Below are positions 19,901 to 28,136 of a stretch of DNA of 64,000 nt, piece after piece (position 1 is the first letter of the stretch; each line of letters starts with the position of its first letter). The translations under genes and the position numbers were made by a program. Below the pieces are notes generated by a model. That model was not told the DNA's origin and searched no databases. It worked only from the letters and a program-made list of their open reading frames with translations. Source of the stretch: Candidatus Latescibacterota bacterium (GTDB lineage: Bacteria > Latescibacterota > UBA2968 > GCA-2709665); assembly GCA_965219995.1 (NCBI GenBank), contig CBDCOX010000002.1:4544001-4608000 (forward strand), given 5' to 3'.

Positions 19901-19991
19901 GAACTATCTTCAGTTTGGCGATTTCCAGGACCGCAGCCGGTACGTGGGTGATCCCCGTATCACACACGTGGGCATTCGTATGCGGTTCTGA
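16914..19991 (+). CDS. TonB-dependent receptor with N-terminal carboxypeptidase-regulatory-like domain
   Basis: Signal peptide (ALA-GTTGKIVGKVTD), plug motifs IRGG, YVDG, TGGMNAEYGNAQAGVI, QDKMEF..NAGIRYD, SPRLG, NLFN, C-terminal Phe. Confidence 0.93.
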   Translation: MYGRKTDLTAAFVLIAVLAMAGAALAGTTGKIVGKVTDENGEALPGASVVIEGTRMGASTDAEGFYVIISVDPAVYKMTASMVGYHPVTQEKIQVRSDFTTTVNFQLRETELELEEMVVVAEAPPVEPDKTESRYVVTAQDIARTPILRDASEFVALEAGVAVDGSGVIRGGQVEDNLIYVDGVRLQNQDGRAGPTSSGRQWWGANVKALQEVSVITGGMNAEYGNAQAGVIQMVTRDGGSRYHGEAEYRLTPGGKKHWGANVYDAPEHRGHMRWNDPAWTSEVDPETGALVHQRTNYTDQRGHYFDAYLGGPLLPETSFFVSSRNRRDAARFPGAWSVRPFNTRNTAKLTIRAHDNVKMQIGWLYDRWKSFNNGALGGTTPSVSNVLRGPGRDIFLPEGSPAGETINTESVLYGVITHTISPRTFYELRLSRYQSDQDTSGVSNTTADIGTDADGWFYTGRGSVRAYTFGQQTRSAIKFDLSSQLTKTHFSKVGIDFTGYSNHFTREGNTPGDARKQILYIGNPEPGQPITPKQFAAYVQDKMEFEGFIVNAGIRYDRFWGADVPVMGALRAFQYTTMSRYLTAPRFPMKPIVNWSPRLGISHPITYRSSLHFFYGHFYQLPSFYQMFHDQWFGSGDGIPGIGFSEYTSHYRPAPTSISRPIWDNTARTISFELGADWNFISDYTLALATFYKSASFQETGGWDVFLYPELRGAGVRLRQRLSSTLSNIRLEDTRGLEFSLRKGFSHHFSFRAALNVAWSDYSLGGGGTVSNGATVIPDSNYIASGNYFFAWEVAGGSERPVNLTDEQIRIIGHGANEAIRAAQADRRVAGGYVYDFSTNRDAIVPTWEEDWLSDAAREGARGLWIVHGHRANEGTDVGRRSQGSLQMFLSTPQDFGIGPKIGGSTILGGVNANLIYRIYTGSQFTYLVLDGTRQIARGPLRTVMDLNVQKRFELGSASADVFLEVFNLFNQRDASSAGTDYMWWGLQRPRPSDANYLQFGDFQDRSRYVGDPRITHVGIRMRF

Positions 19992-20050
19992 CAGAGCCGG
20001 GCATGGCGTATACCGGAGTCATGGATGCCGACACGAAGGAGACCTTCGAC

Positions 20051-22357
20051 ATGAGCAAGATTCCCAGGATCGAGGCAATGGCAGCGCTTGTTGCGCTGCT
20101 TTTGTGCGTGCCTGACCCCGCGGCGGCGCAGGAGAACCACAGGTTCCAGACGCGTGCAAAGGTGTGGGATATGTTCTGGAACTACGGGACTCAGGGTGTT
20201 TCCGAAGACCCGGACGCCTGGTTGAGCTATTACCGCCAGATGGGCATGCAATATCCGGGCGTATGGACGCGCCAGTATTCCACGGAATTCCAGGACTACT
20301 GGGGAGAGCGGAGCTGGGGCTCCCTTCATCCCGCCTACGCGGCGTTGTTCGAATCGACGGCCACGATGCCGGGTTTCAGCACGTTCATCGCAACCCGGGT
20401 ACCGGACGACCCGGAGGGCGAATACTACGTGTCGATATCGAAGCCCCGCGCCATTACGGACGACATCAGGATGATGTCCTACGATGCGTCCATGGGGCCG
20501 GAGGCGAATATCGGGTACCCGAACTATTCGCCCGTGGGACCCGCGATGGCCAACTGGTGGCCGGGCGAGTCGCCTGTAGAAAGCCGGTACGTCACCGAGA
20601 TTCACAATTACCGGTACGGCCACTATATGGATCCCGATAAAGACAACTTCCCCGAGAGCCTTCTCATTATGCGGTGGACGACGAAGCGGGGGATCACGGT
20701 AACCAAGAAGGTCTATACCTGGAGTTATCCCGATTACGACGACTTCCAGATCATGGAGTACGAATTCGAGAACACCGGGGACTCGGACGGGGACGGTGCG
20801 GCCGACCTGAACGGCGGTGCAGGGTTTCGGCTGAACGACACGTTTTTCGCCTTCTCGGTCCGATTCTTCATCTCGCAGGCCGGTCACGGATGGATGAACT
20901 ACGATGCGTGGTATCGGCGAACCCGGCCGACGGACAACGACGATTGGTTCAAATTCACCGAGGCGGCCAATTACGACGGACCCGCCGCGGGGTTGGGCAT
21001 GAAAATGTGGTACGCCTACGACGGAGACAATCCACTGGCGCCCGGAGACGACATCGGAAAGCCCTATAACCCGTCCGCGGCGAACCCGGGTTACGCGGGG
21101 CGGCCGTCACAGGTGCGGGTGCCGGGAGAGTTGACGGCCTTTCAGTACACAGGTTTCGCGCCCATCGCGTACCTGCCGTCATCCTCGAACGATCCGGGCA
21201 CGTTTTCCTACGACACGAAGGGAGACAACAGCTACGTCGCCCCCAGGATCGAAGACCAGCCCCATACGGTGAGATGGTGGGAATACCGGAACCGCGGCGA
21301 CTTCGACGAACCGGACCAGGACAATCATTCCTTCCGGGAAATCTACGACCAGCTGATCGGCGCAGAATCCGACATCAAGGACAATCCGCCGGTGGTCGGG
21401 GCGTGGCACGGATCCATCGCGTACGGTCCCTACGACCTGGCGCCCGGCGACAAGGCCAAATTCGTCTTCGTCCTGGCGGCGGCCGCGCCCGTGGAGGAGA
21501 ATATCTGGGGTTGGGCCAAGCAGGGCAAGCAGGCGGAGATGCGTACGGACAAGGCGTTCAACAACCTGGTCAAGCACGTCAACAGGGCCAAAGAGGCGTT
21601 TCAGTGGAACTACGACCTTCCCGACGCGCCGCCCGACGTCAAGGTGGACGTGGGCGTGACCACGGAAGGCTTCATTTCACTGGTATGGGACGACACGGCC
21701 GACGACGCGGCGAACCCCGACTACTCGGGCGCCGAGGCCAACGACGTGCTGGGCTACCGGGTCTACCGGTCTCTCTTCAAGCGCGACGACTGGGAGCTGA
21801 TGGTGGAGATCCCGGTGAAGTCGGACATACACTATAGTGGAGGCAAATACGAATTTATCGACAAGAAATCGATCGCGGGATTCCTTTACGATTACAGTGT
21901 CCGCACGTACAGCGATGCACACAACGACTGGAACGGCACGGGCATCGCTATTCCGTCCCTGGAGAGCGGCAACAGCTCACCGGAGCAGTGGGTGAACGGC
22001 GTCAAGGTCTCTACACCCTATGTTCCGTCCACGGCGCAGTCCGATCAACTGGACAGGAAGGTGATTGTGACCCCGAATCCATACCGGGATGACGGCGCCC
22101 ACGCGTATGAGAACAAGGGTCAGATCCGCTTTCTGAACATACCGCGGAAGTGCCAGATCCGGATATACACGGTAGCGGGGGACCTGATCGCCGAGGTCAA
22201 TCACGACGATCAGGGGCGGGGCGAGACCACGTGGAGCCAGACGACCATCGACAACGTGGGTTCGGCATCGGCGGGCGTGTACTTTTACGTGGTTGAATCA
22301 CTGGTGGACGGGACATCCGGAAGAACCCAGCGTGGAATATTCGTGATCAGCAAATGA
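20051..22357 (+). CDS. Secreted protein with FnIII-like domain and T9SS-type C-terminal sorting-like domain
   Basis: AAGGAG RBS and signal peptide; DSDGDGAAD Ca-binding-like loop; FnIII-like LVWDD..GYRVYRS..YDYSV; CTD VTPNPY..IRFLNIP..IRIYTVAGDLI..AGVYFYVVE..GIFVISK. Confidence 0.8.
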   Translation: MSKIPRIEAMAALVALLLCVPDPAAAQENHRFQTRAKVWDMFWNYGTQGVSEDPDAWLSYYRQMGMQYPGVWTRQYSTEFQDYWGERSWGSLHPAYAALFESTATMPGFSTFIATRVPDDPEGEYYVSISKPRAITDDIRMMSYDASMGPEANIGYPNYSPVGPAMANWWPGESPVESRYVTEIHNYRYGHYMDPDKDNFPESLLIMRWTTKRGITVTKKVYTWSYPDYDDFQIMEYEFENTGDSDGDGAADLNGGAGFRLNDTFFAFSVRFFISQAGHGWMNYDAWYRRTRPTDNDDWFKFTEAANYDGPAAGLGMKMWYAYDGDNPLAPGDDIGKPYNPSAANPGYAGRPSQVRVPGELTAFQYTGFAPIAYLPSSSNDPGTFSYDTKGDNSYVAPRIEDQPHTVRWWEYRNRGDFDEPDQDNHSFREIYDQLIGAESDIKDNPPVVGAWHGSIAYGPYDLAPGDKAKFVFVLAAAAPVEENIWGWAKQGKQAEMRTDKAFNNLVKHVNRAKEAFQWNYDLPDAPPDVKVDVGVTTEGFISLVWDDTADDAANPDYSGAEANDVLGYRVYRSLFKRDDWELMVEIPVKSDIHYSGGKYEFIDKKSIAGFLYDYSVRTYSDAHNDWNGTGIAIPSLESGNSSPEQWVNGVKVSTPYVPSTAQSDQLDRKVIVTPNPYRDDGAHAYENKGQIRFLNIPRKCQIRIYTVAGDLIAEVNHDDQGRGETTWSQTTIDNVGSASAGVYFYVVESLVDGTSGRTQRGIFVISK

Positions 22358-22439
22358 GACGGCCGAATTGCCGAGTCAGGGAATCCCGGTTCGCCTTCTC
22401 GTGGAACCCCTCAATCGAAACGGAGAAGGAACAAACCTT

Positions 22440-23393
22440 ATGAAACGGATCTTGTGGATTGGAATCGTGGCGAGCGCAGGATACGCGATGCTGTTTCCCG
22501 GGGTCGCCCGGTGCGACACGCAGAAGCGCCTCGGCCAGGCGGTATTCTCCGTGCACAAGGTGGACCATGGGGCGCGCGTCGCGGGCATGGGCGGGGCGTT
22601 TACGGCCATCGCGGACGACATCAGCACCATCTTCGTGAACCCGGCCGGACTCACCTATATCGAGGAGATGGAGTATACCCTTTCGTACACCCGCTGGCTC
22701 GTCGATACCCGATTTTATTCGGGCGCGTTCGCCTACAATACGGCACGCGGCGTGGTCGGGTTGTCCGTCATGGCATTCTCGGTTCCGGACGTGGAAGAGA
22801 CAACCATCTACCAGCCCATCGGGACCGGCAGGATGCTGGAGATCGGCGATTTCAGCATCGGCGGCTCCTACGCGACGAAATTGACAGACAAGCTCTCGTT
22901 CGGATTTCAGGTACGGTGGACCCAGGAAACCATCGACGTGGACAAGTTGACCGGCGTGGACTTCAATTTCGGCACGACGTTCAATACGGGTTTCAGAAGC
23001 CTCCGCCTGGGGATGGCGTTCAAGAACCTGGGCAGAGACATCGAATCCAGGGAACTCAATTATCAGATGCCTGTCGCGTTCGACTTCGGTTTCGCGGCGG
23101 AAGTCTTCGGTGAAAAGGGCAGCGACCCCACGTACCTGACGGTGACCGGCGAAAGTCACTATGCAACGGATTACTCCGAGCCGCGATATCGCATTGGCGG
23201 CGAACTCTGGCTGCAAAACGCATTCGCTTTGCGCGGCGGCGTCAAGCCCGGGTACGATACGGAGGTGTACAGTCTGGGTCTGGGATTGAAGGTCAAGCCC
23301 GTCGAAGGCAAGGTCGTGCGCGTGGACTTCGCGTACAGCGACGGGAACGACTTCGAACCGCCGCTTCGTTTCAGCCTGAGCGGATCCTTCTGA
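22440..23393 (+). CDS. PorV/PorQ-family outer-membrane beta-barrel
   Basis: Signal peptide, GARVAGMGGAFTAIADD...NPAGL, alternating beta strands, ALRGG, C-terminal Phe. Confidence 0.88.
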   Translation: MKRILWIGIVASAGYAMLFPGVARCDTQKRLGQAVFSVHKVDHGARVAGMGGAFTAIADDISTIFVNPAGLTYIEEMEYTLSYTRWLVDTRFYSGAFAYNTARGVVGLSVMAFSVPDVEETTIYQPIGTGRMLEIGDFSIGGSYATKLTDKLSFGFQVRWTQETIDVDKLTGVDFNFGTTFNTGFRSLRLGMAFKNLGRDIESRELNYQMPVAFDFGFAAEVFGEKGSDPTYLTVTGESHYATDYSEPRYRIGGELWLQNAFALRGGVKPGYDTEVYSLGLGLKVKPVEGKVVRVDFAYSDGNDFEPPLRFSLSGSF

Positions 23394-23441
23394 CGCAGGT
23401 TCGATCCGCCGTTGGCTAGCAGGACAATCGCCAGAAGAATG

Positions 23442-23472
23442 AACACCCCGGTTTTGCCGGGGTGTTTTTTTT
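23442..23472 (+). terminator. Intrinsic terminator after the PorV-like gene
   Basis: AACACCCCGG-TTTTG-CCGGGGTGTT followed by a T run. Confidence 0.85.
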
Positions 23473-23868
23473 ATTGTTGGTAGCCCGGTCGACCGCCAAT
23501 CCAACTGCGGGCCGTGCATACCGAAGGGCGCGACCGATCGCGCTTTTTTGTTGCGAAACGCGCCGATTTTCAACAAAAAATCATCGAAAACAGGCAAAAC
23601 ATCAGCGCGAGTTCAACAGGAAACCCTTATCTTTACCTACGCGGGTGAATTCCTGGATCGAATCGTGAGCCGCTCGCGCATCACCTGTCCGCCACGACAT
23701 CATCCTTTCGTTGCCGGTAGATTCCAAACCCGCGCGTTTCGAGGTCGACCGGCATGGTGGATCACCATCCGCAGGGCAGCGGCTCTTGTCCTGCTCTCTT
23801 GCCCGAAAGAGAGCAACCAGCGACCGGAACTCTAACGGGGATTGTCTCTACACGGAGGGTAGACAGTC

Positions 23869-25725
23869 ATGATGAACACTCGAACATTGCCCGTTTCGGC
23901 ATCCATGATTTCCGTATCCTGCCTGCTCGCGCTGGCCTTCGTTTGTGCCAACCCGCCCCCCGCACTGGCAGCGTGTCCACTTCCTCCCGGCGTGACGCCT
24001 CCTGACGACCTCGCCGTGACGGCGCAACAGGTGGAAGACGGCAGTGCGAGCCTGGGCGAATTCGCGCTGGCCGCGAGAGACTTCCTCAGGAGCGAGTCCC
24101 GGGGACAAACGTCTCTCGAACGAGCGGCATACATCGGGTGTCTCACAAGGCAGGACGATGGAATCTGGCGTTCCGGTTCCATGTACATCGTGAGCCTGAC
24201 GCCCGACGGAAGGGTGTTCATTCACGCGAAGGACATGGCATTGTCGGGCAGGCTGCTCAATCCCGTGATTTATGGAGCGATCCTTTCCGGGCTGGGTGTG
24301 TCCATGAGCGATCTGGCCGATCTGTTATCTCCCGATCCTGCCGTTGCCGCACGGGCGTTCGGCGCCGTCATAAGCACATTGACTCAGGAACCGGCCGGCG
24401 CATTCGATGCGACCGCCCCAATCCCAGGTCTGTCACCAGGCATACCAGGCGCCTCCGGCTATGCCAGCGTCTACTTCTCACTCGGTTTTCAGAGCCCGAT
24501 CCTGCTGCTGGCCGGGTTCGATCTCAATGAAACTCACGTGGTCGAAGAAGACATCGATTACGGCGACCCGTCGGTTACTGCCAGGGACGTCGTCGACCGT
24601 GAAACCTTGAAGGCCTTCGTCACGCAAGCGATGATTCACTTTCGCGCAGCCTATGAAATTGGAGGGTTAAGCGCGATCTCGAAGATCAGGACAGCCTTTC
24701 GGGATCCGAACGGGCCATGGAGACATGATTCGGTGTACCTATACATCCTGGATCGTACCAGCAGAACGATTCTACTTCACGGCGCGTTTCCGAATAGATT
24801 CGAGCTTCAACCTCTGATTGCGACTGTCCGAGATGTGGTGAGCGGACATCTCGTTCTGCCGCAGGTCGTCAATGCGGCGGCCAGCAGCCCGGAAGGCGGC
24901 TTCGTGGAGTATTACTTTGACGACCCCGCTGACGACTCCGACAGAGCCGACGTCCCCAAGGTGGGATACGCCCGCGAGTTCACCGGTGAAATCCGAAGGC
25001 CGGACGGAAGCGTCGTCACAACCCACTACGTCATCGGGTCGGGTTATTATGGGCGCGCGGCCGATGTAGGGACGGGACCTGGTACGGTCGTGGAGGCCAC
25101 GGTCGTGGGCGAAGCGGTCGAGGGGTTGGACGTGGCGTTTTCCCGCGCCGTCTCCGGCCGGCAGTCCGACTACGCGTGGCGCGCCGTCACGGATCCAGCC
25201 GGGCTACTGACTCTGACGATTTCCAACGCGGACGGCGTGAGCGGTTACTATCGGGCCCGGGCGACCAACGCCGATGGCGAGGTCGTGGGCAGCTGGAGCA
25301 GCATTCCGCTGAATGAAGGCCGCCGCCAGGTCCTGGAACTCACGCTGGGCGGCGGTGTGAGGGTTGTACGGGTCGCATCGCTGGCCGCGGCGGAGGCGGT
25401 CGCGGTGGCTGCCGCCAAGCCGGCATTCGCGGCAGAGGCTGCGCCGGAAGCCAGCGGTCTGTCGCCCAATGTGCCGAACCCATTCAACAGCGCCACGCTG
25501 ATCACCTACCACCTGTCCAGCGCGGGTCCTGTGAAGCTGGTGATCTACAACGTGCTGGGCCAACCCGTACGGACGCTGGTGGATGAGTCCAGTGGGGCGG
25601 GCACGTATCAGGTCCGGTGGGATGCGCGCGACGGGGGTGGCGTCTTGCTTTCGACGGGGATCTACATCGCACGACTGAGCTATCCTGGCGGGGTGCAGAC
25701 GCAACGGTTGCTCTACCTCAAGTAG
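23869..25725 (+). CDS. Secreted tandem Cache-like domain protein with Ig-like and T9SS/FlgD-type C-terminal domain, paralogue 1
   Basis: Signal peptide; Cache-like motifs FRDPNGPW..VYLYILD..ILLHG..GGFVEYYF..PKVGY..VIGSGYY; CTD PNPFNSATLITY..IYNVLGQ.VRTLV..WDARD..STGIY..RLLYLK. Confidence 0.8.
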   Translation: MMNTRTLPVSASMISVSCLLALAFVCANPPPALAACPLPPGVTPPDDLAVTAQQVEDGSASLGEFALAARDFLRSESRGQTSLERAAYIGCLTRQDDGIWRSGSMYIVSLTPDGRVFIHAKDMALSGRLLNPVIYGAILSGLGVSMSDLADLLSPDPAVAARAFGAVISTLTQEPAGAFDATAPIPGLSPGIPGASGYASVYFSLGFQSPILLLAGFDLNETHVVEEDIDYGDPSVTARDVVDRETLKAFVTQAMIHFRAAYEIGGLSAISKIRTAFRDPNGPWRHDSVYLYILDRTSRTILLHGAFPNRFELQPLIATVRDVVSGHLVLPQVVNAAASSPEGGFVEYYFDDPADDSDRADVPKVGYAREFTGEIRRPDGSVVTTHYVIGSGYYGRAADVGTGPGTVVEATVVGEAVEGLDVAFSRAVSGRQSDYAWRAVTDPAGLLTLTISNADGVSGYYRARATNADGEVVGSWSSIPLNEGRRQVLELTLGGGVRVVRVASLAAAEAVAVAAAKPAFAAEAAPEASGLSPNVPNPFNSATLITYHLSSAGPVKLVIYNVLGQPVRTLVDESSGAGTYQVRWDARDGGGVLLSTGIYIARLSYPGGVQTQRLLYLK

Positions 25726-25761
25726 CGCCCGCCGAACGGCAGGGCAGGACGCGTTCGACTG

Positions 25762-25832
25762 AGAACCCGTCTGAAAACACCTGTTAGGCCTTGAGCACGA
25801 GGTTTACGGGGTCTTCGGACGGGTTCTTTTTT
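25762..25832 (+). terminator. Long hairpin terminator, paralogue 1
   Basis: AGAACCCGTCTGA...TCGGACGGGTTCT plus T run; homologous copies follow paralogues 2 and 3. Confidence 0.75.
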
Positions 25833-25956
25833 GATTCCCCAAATGCCTCCGTAGGTCTGGAACATAAATTGGGCAACACTCATTTGACAGGTTAAAGAAA
25901 ACACCGCTCGAATTGCATGCAATAACGGGTATGGGATTCTCGACAGAAATTTTTCT

Positions 25957-26090
25957 TTGCATAACCGGTGGATTTTAATTAATATCCCCGATTGAATGAT
26001 CGGTCGTTCGCGATGGACCGATGTCTCAGTGAGAGGGCGACCAGCCGCGGTCGCTCTTGCGACCTTGTCTTTTCGGAAAGGAGAACCGTG
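25957..26090 (+). promoter_or_regulatory. Promoter and structured 5' leader of paralogue 2
   Basis: TTGCAT-N17-TAATAT, then hairpins ATCGGTC/GACCGAT and GAGGGCGACC/GGTCGCTCTT; homologous to 28003-28136. Confidence 0.65.
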
Positions 26091-27899
26091 ATGGTGAGAG
26101 CTCGAACATTGTCCACTCCGGTACGGATGGTCCCAGTAGCCGGGCTTCTCATACTGGCCGCCGTCCTTGCCAACGCGCATCCCGCCCTCGCGCAGTCGGA
26201 TGAAGCCTGCCCGCTTCCTCCAGGCGTGACGCTTCCACCCGCGCCGCAAGTGACGGCGCAACAGGTGGAAGACGGCAGCGCCACCTTGAGTGAATTCGGG
26301 TTGGAAGCGAGAAACCGTTTCAGTCGAGGGACGGATTCTCGTGAGCTGCAGCTGTACGTCGGTTGTGTCATGAGGAGTGACGGGAGCGAGTTGCACTCAG
26401 GTTCCACCTATCTTGTACAATTGACGCCCGATGGAAGGGTGTTTATTCACGCGAAGAATATGGCGCTGTCGGGCAGGTTGCTCAATCGCTTGATTTATGG
26501 CGCGATTCTTCAAGCATTGGAAATCAACGTGGCGGGCTTGCAGGATGATCCTGCCGCGGTAACGGCTGCTTTCATCGAGGCTGCAGGCAGGGATGGGGGC
26601 GAGTTCGATTTACCAGTAATCCCCGGGGCTTCTGGATACGCTGCTGTTTATTTTTCGAGAAATTTCAGATTCCCAATTGTTTTGCTTGCCGGGTTCGACC
26701 TCAACGAATCTCACCTGGCCGAAGAAGAAATCGATTATGGTATGCCCGCCGTCACCGCCGCGGACGTGGTGGACAGGGAAACTCTAAAGGCTTTTGTTAC
26801 GCAAGCAGGGGAGGCCTTTCTCGATCAGCAGAAGGGCGGCGACCTGTCCGCGACCTCGAAGGCCAGGGTGGCCTTGAGAGACCCGAACGGGCCCTGGAGG
26901 CACGGTTCCGTCTACCTTTACGTTCTGGATCTCACGTCGAACATCGTCCTGTTTCACGGTGCGAATCCGGATTTACTCGAACTGCGGCCTCTGGTAGGGA
27001 TTACACGGGACGGCGTTACCGGAGAGCTCATTCTGCCGCAGGTCCTCGAGGCGGCGAAGAGTAGCCCGGAAGGGGGTTTCGTGGAGTACTTCTACGACGA
27101 TCCCAATGACGACACGGACAGCGCCGACGTCCCCAAGGTTGGTTACGCCCGTCAGTTTACCGGTGAACGGCAGCGAGAAGACGGTACCGTGCTTCCCATC
27201 AATTTTGTCGTTGGGTCCGGTTTTTATATGCGTGCGCCTGATATCGCCGCGACGGGTCCTCGTACCGTCGTGGCGGCCAAGATCCTGGGCGACGGCGTCG
27301 GCGGGTTGGACGTCGAGTTTTCCCGGGCGATTGCCGGCCGCCCGTCCAGCTACGAATGGAGCGCCGTCACCAATGCCAATGGCGTATTTACCCTGACCAT
27401 CTCCAGCCCGGACGGGGTGAGCGGCTACTACCGGGCCCGCGCCCGAAACGCCGCCGGCGACGTCGTGGGCCAGTGGCACAGCATTCCTCTCAATCGCAAT
27501 CAACGCCAGATCCTGGAACTGACGCTGGGGGGCGGAATGACGGTCGTACGGGTTGAACCTCTGGCCGCCGGCAAGCTGGCGATCACGGCTGAGCCCGTGG
27601 CGACGCCCGAGACTGAAGTCGTACTCAGCGGTCTGGCGCCCAATTCGCCCAATCCGTTCAACAGCGCCACGGTGATCACCTACCACCTGGCCGTACCCGG
27701 TCCTGTGCAACTGGTGATCTACAACGTGCTGGGCCAGCCGGTACGCACCCTGGTGGATGCGTCCCAGGCCGGCGGCGCCTACCAGGTTCGGTGGGATGCG
27801 CGCGACGGGGGTGGCGTGTTGCTGTCGACGGGGGTCTATATCGCAAGGTTGAGTTATCCTGGTGGTGTGCAGACGCAGCGACTGCTCTACCTCAAGTAG
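26091..27899 (+). CDS. Secreted tandem Cache-like / T9SS-FlgD-type CTD protein, paralogue 2
   Basis: Same architecture and motifs as 23869..25725; AAGGAG RBS before ATG 26091. Confidence 0.8.
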   Translation: MVRARTLSTPVRMVPVAGLLILAAVLANAHPALAQSDEACPLPPGVTLPPAPQVTAQQVEDGSATLSEFGLEARNRFSRGTDSRELQLYVGCVMRSDGSELHSGSTYLVQLTPDGRVFIHAKNMALSGRLLNRLIYGAILQALEINVAGLQDDPAAVTAAFIEAAGRDGGEFDLPVIPGASGYAAVYFSRNFRFPIVLLAGFDLNESHLAEEEIDYGMPAVTAADVVDRETLKAFVTQAGEAFLDQQKGGDLSATSKARVALRDPNGPWRHGSVYLYVLDLTSNIVLFHGANPDLLELRPLVGITRDGVTGELILPQVLEAAKSSPEGGFVEYFYDDPNDDTDSADVPKVGYARQFTGERQREDGTVLPINFVVGSGFYMRAPDIAATGPRTVVAAKILGDGVGGLDVEFSRAIAGRPSSYEWSAVTNANGVFTLTISSPDGVSGYYRARARNAAGDVVGQWHSIPLNRNQRQILELTLGGGMTVVRVEPLAAGKLAITAEPVATPETEVVLSGLAPNSPNPFNSATVITYHLAVPGPVQLVIYNVLGQPVRTLVDASQAGGAYQVRWDARDGGGVLLSTGVYIARLSYPGGVQTQRLLYLK

Positions 27900-27931
27900 C
27901 CCCGAAAGGTCAGTCAGGAAGCCTCAATTCG

Positions 27932-28000
27932 AAAACCCGTCCGGAAACTCCTGAAGAGCCTCTGTCACTGGGCTTACGGCGTTTTCGGACGGTTTTTTTT
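27932..28000 (+). terminator. Long hairpin terminator, paralogue 2
   Basis: AAAACCCGTCCGGAAAC...GTTTTCGGACGGTTTTTTTT. Confidence 0.75.
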
Positions 28001-28002
28001 AT

Positions 28003-28136
28003 TTGCATAGCCGGTCAATATTAATTAATATCCACGTTTGAATGATCGGTCACGGGCGATGGTCTGATGGCTACGAGAGAGCGCAACCATTCGTGGTCGC
28101 TCTTGCGACCTTGTCTCTACGGGAGGGAGAATCGTC
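28003..28136 (+). promoter_or_regulatory. Promoter and structured 5' leader of paralogue 3
   Basis: TTGCAT-N17-TAATAT; leader with AGAGCG..ACCA-TTCG-TGGT-CGCTCT hairpin. Confidence 0.65.
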
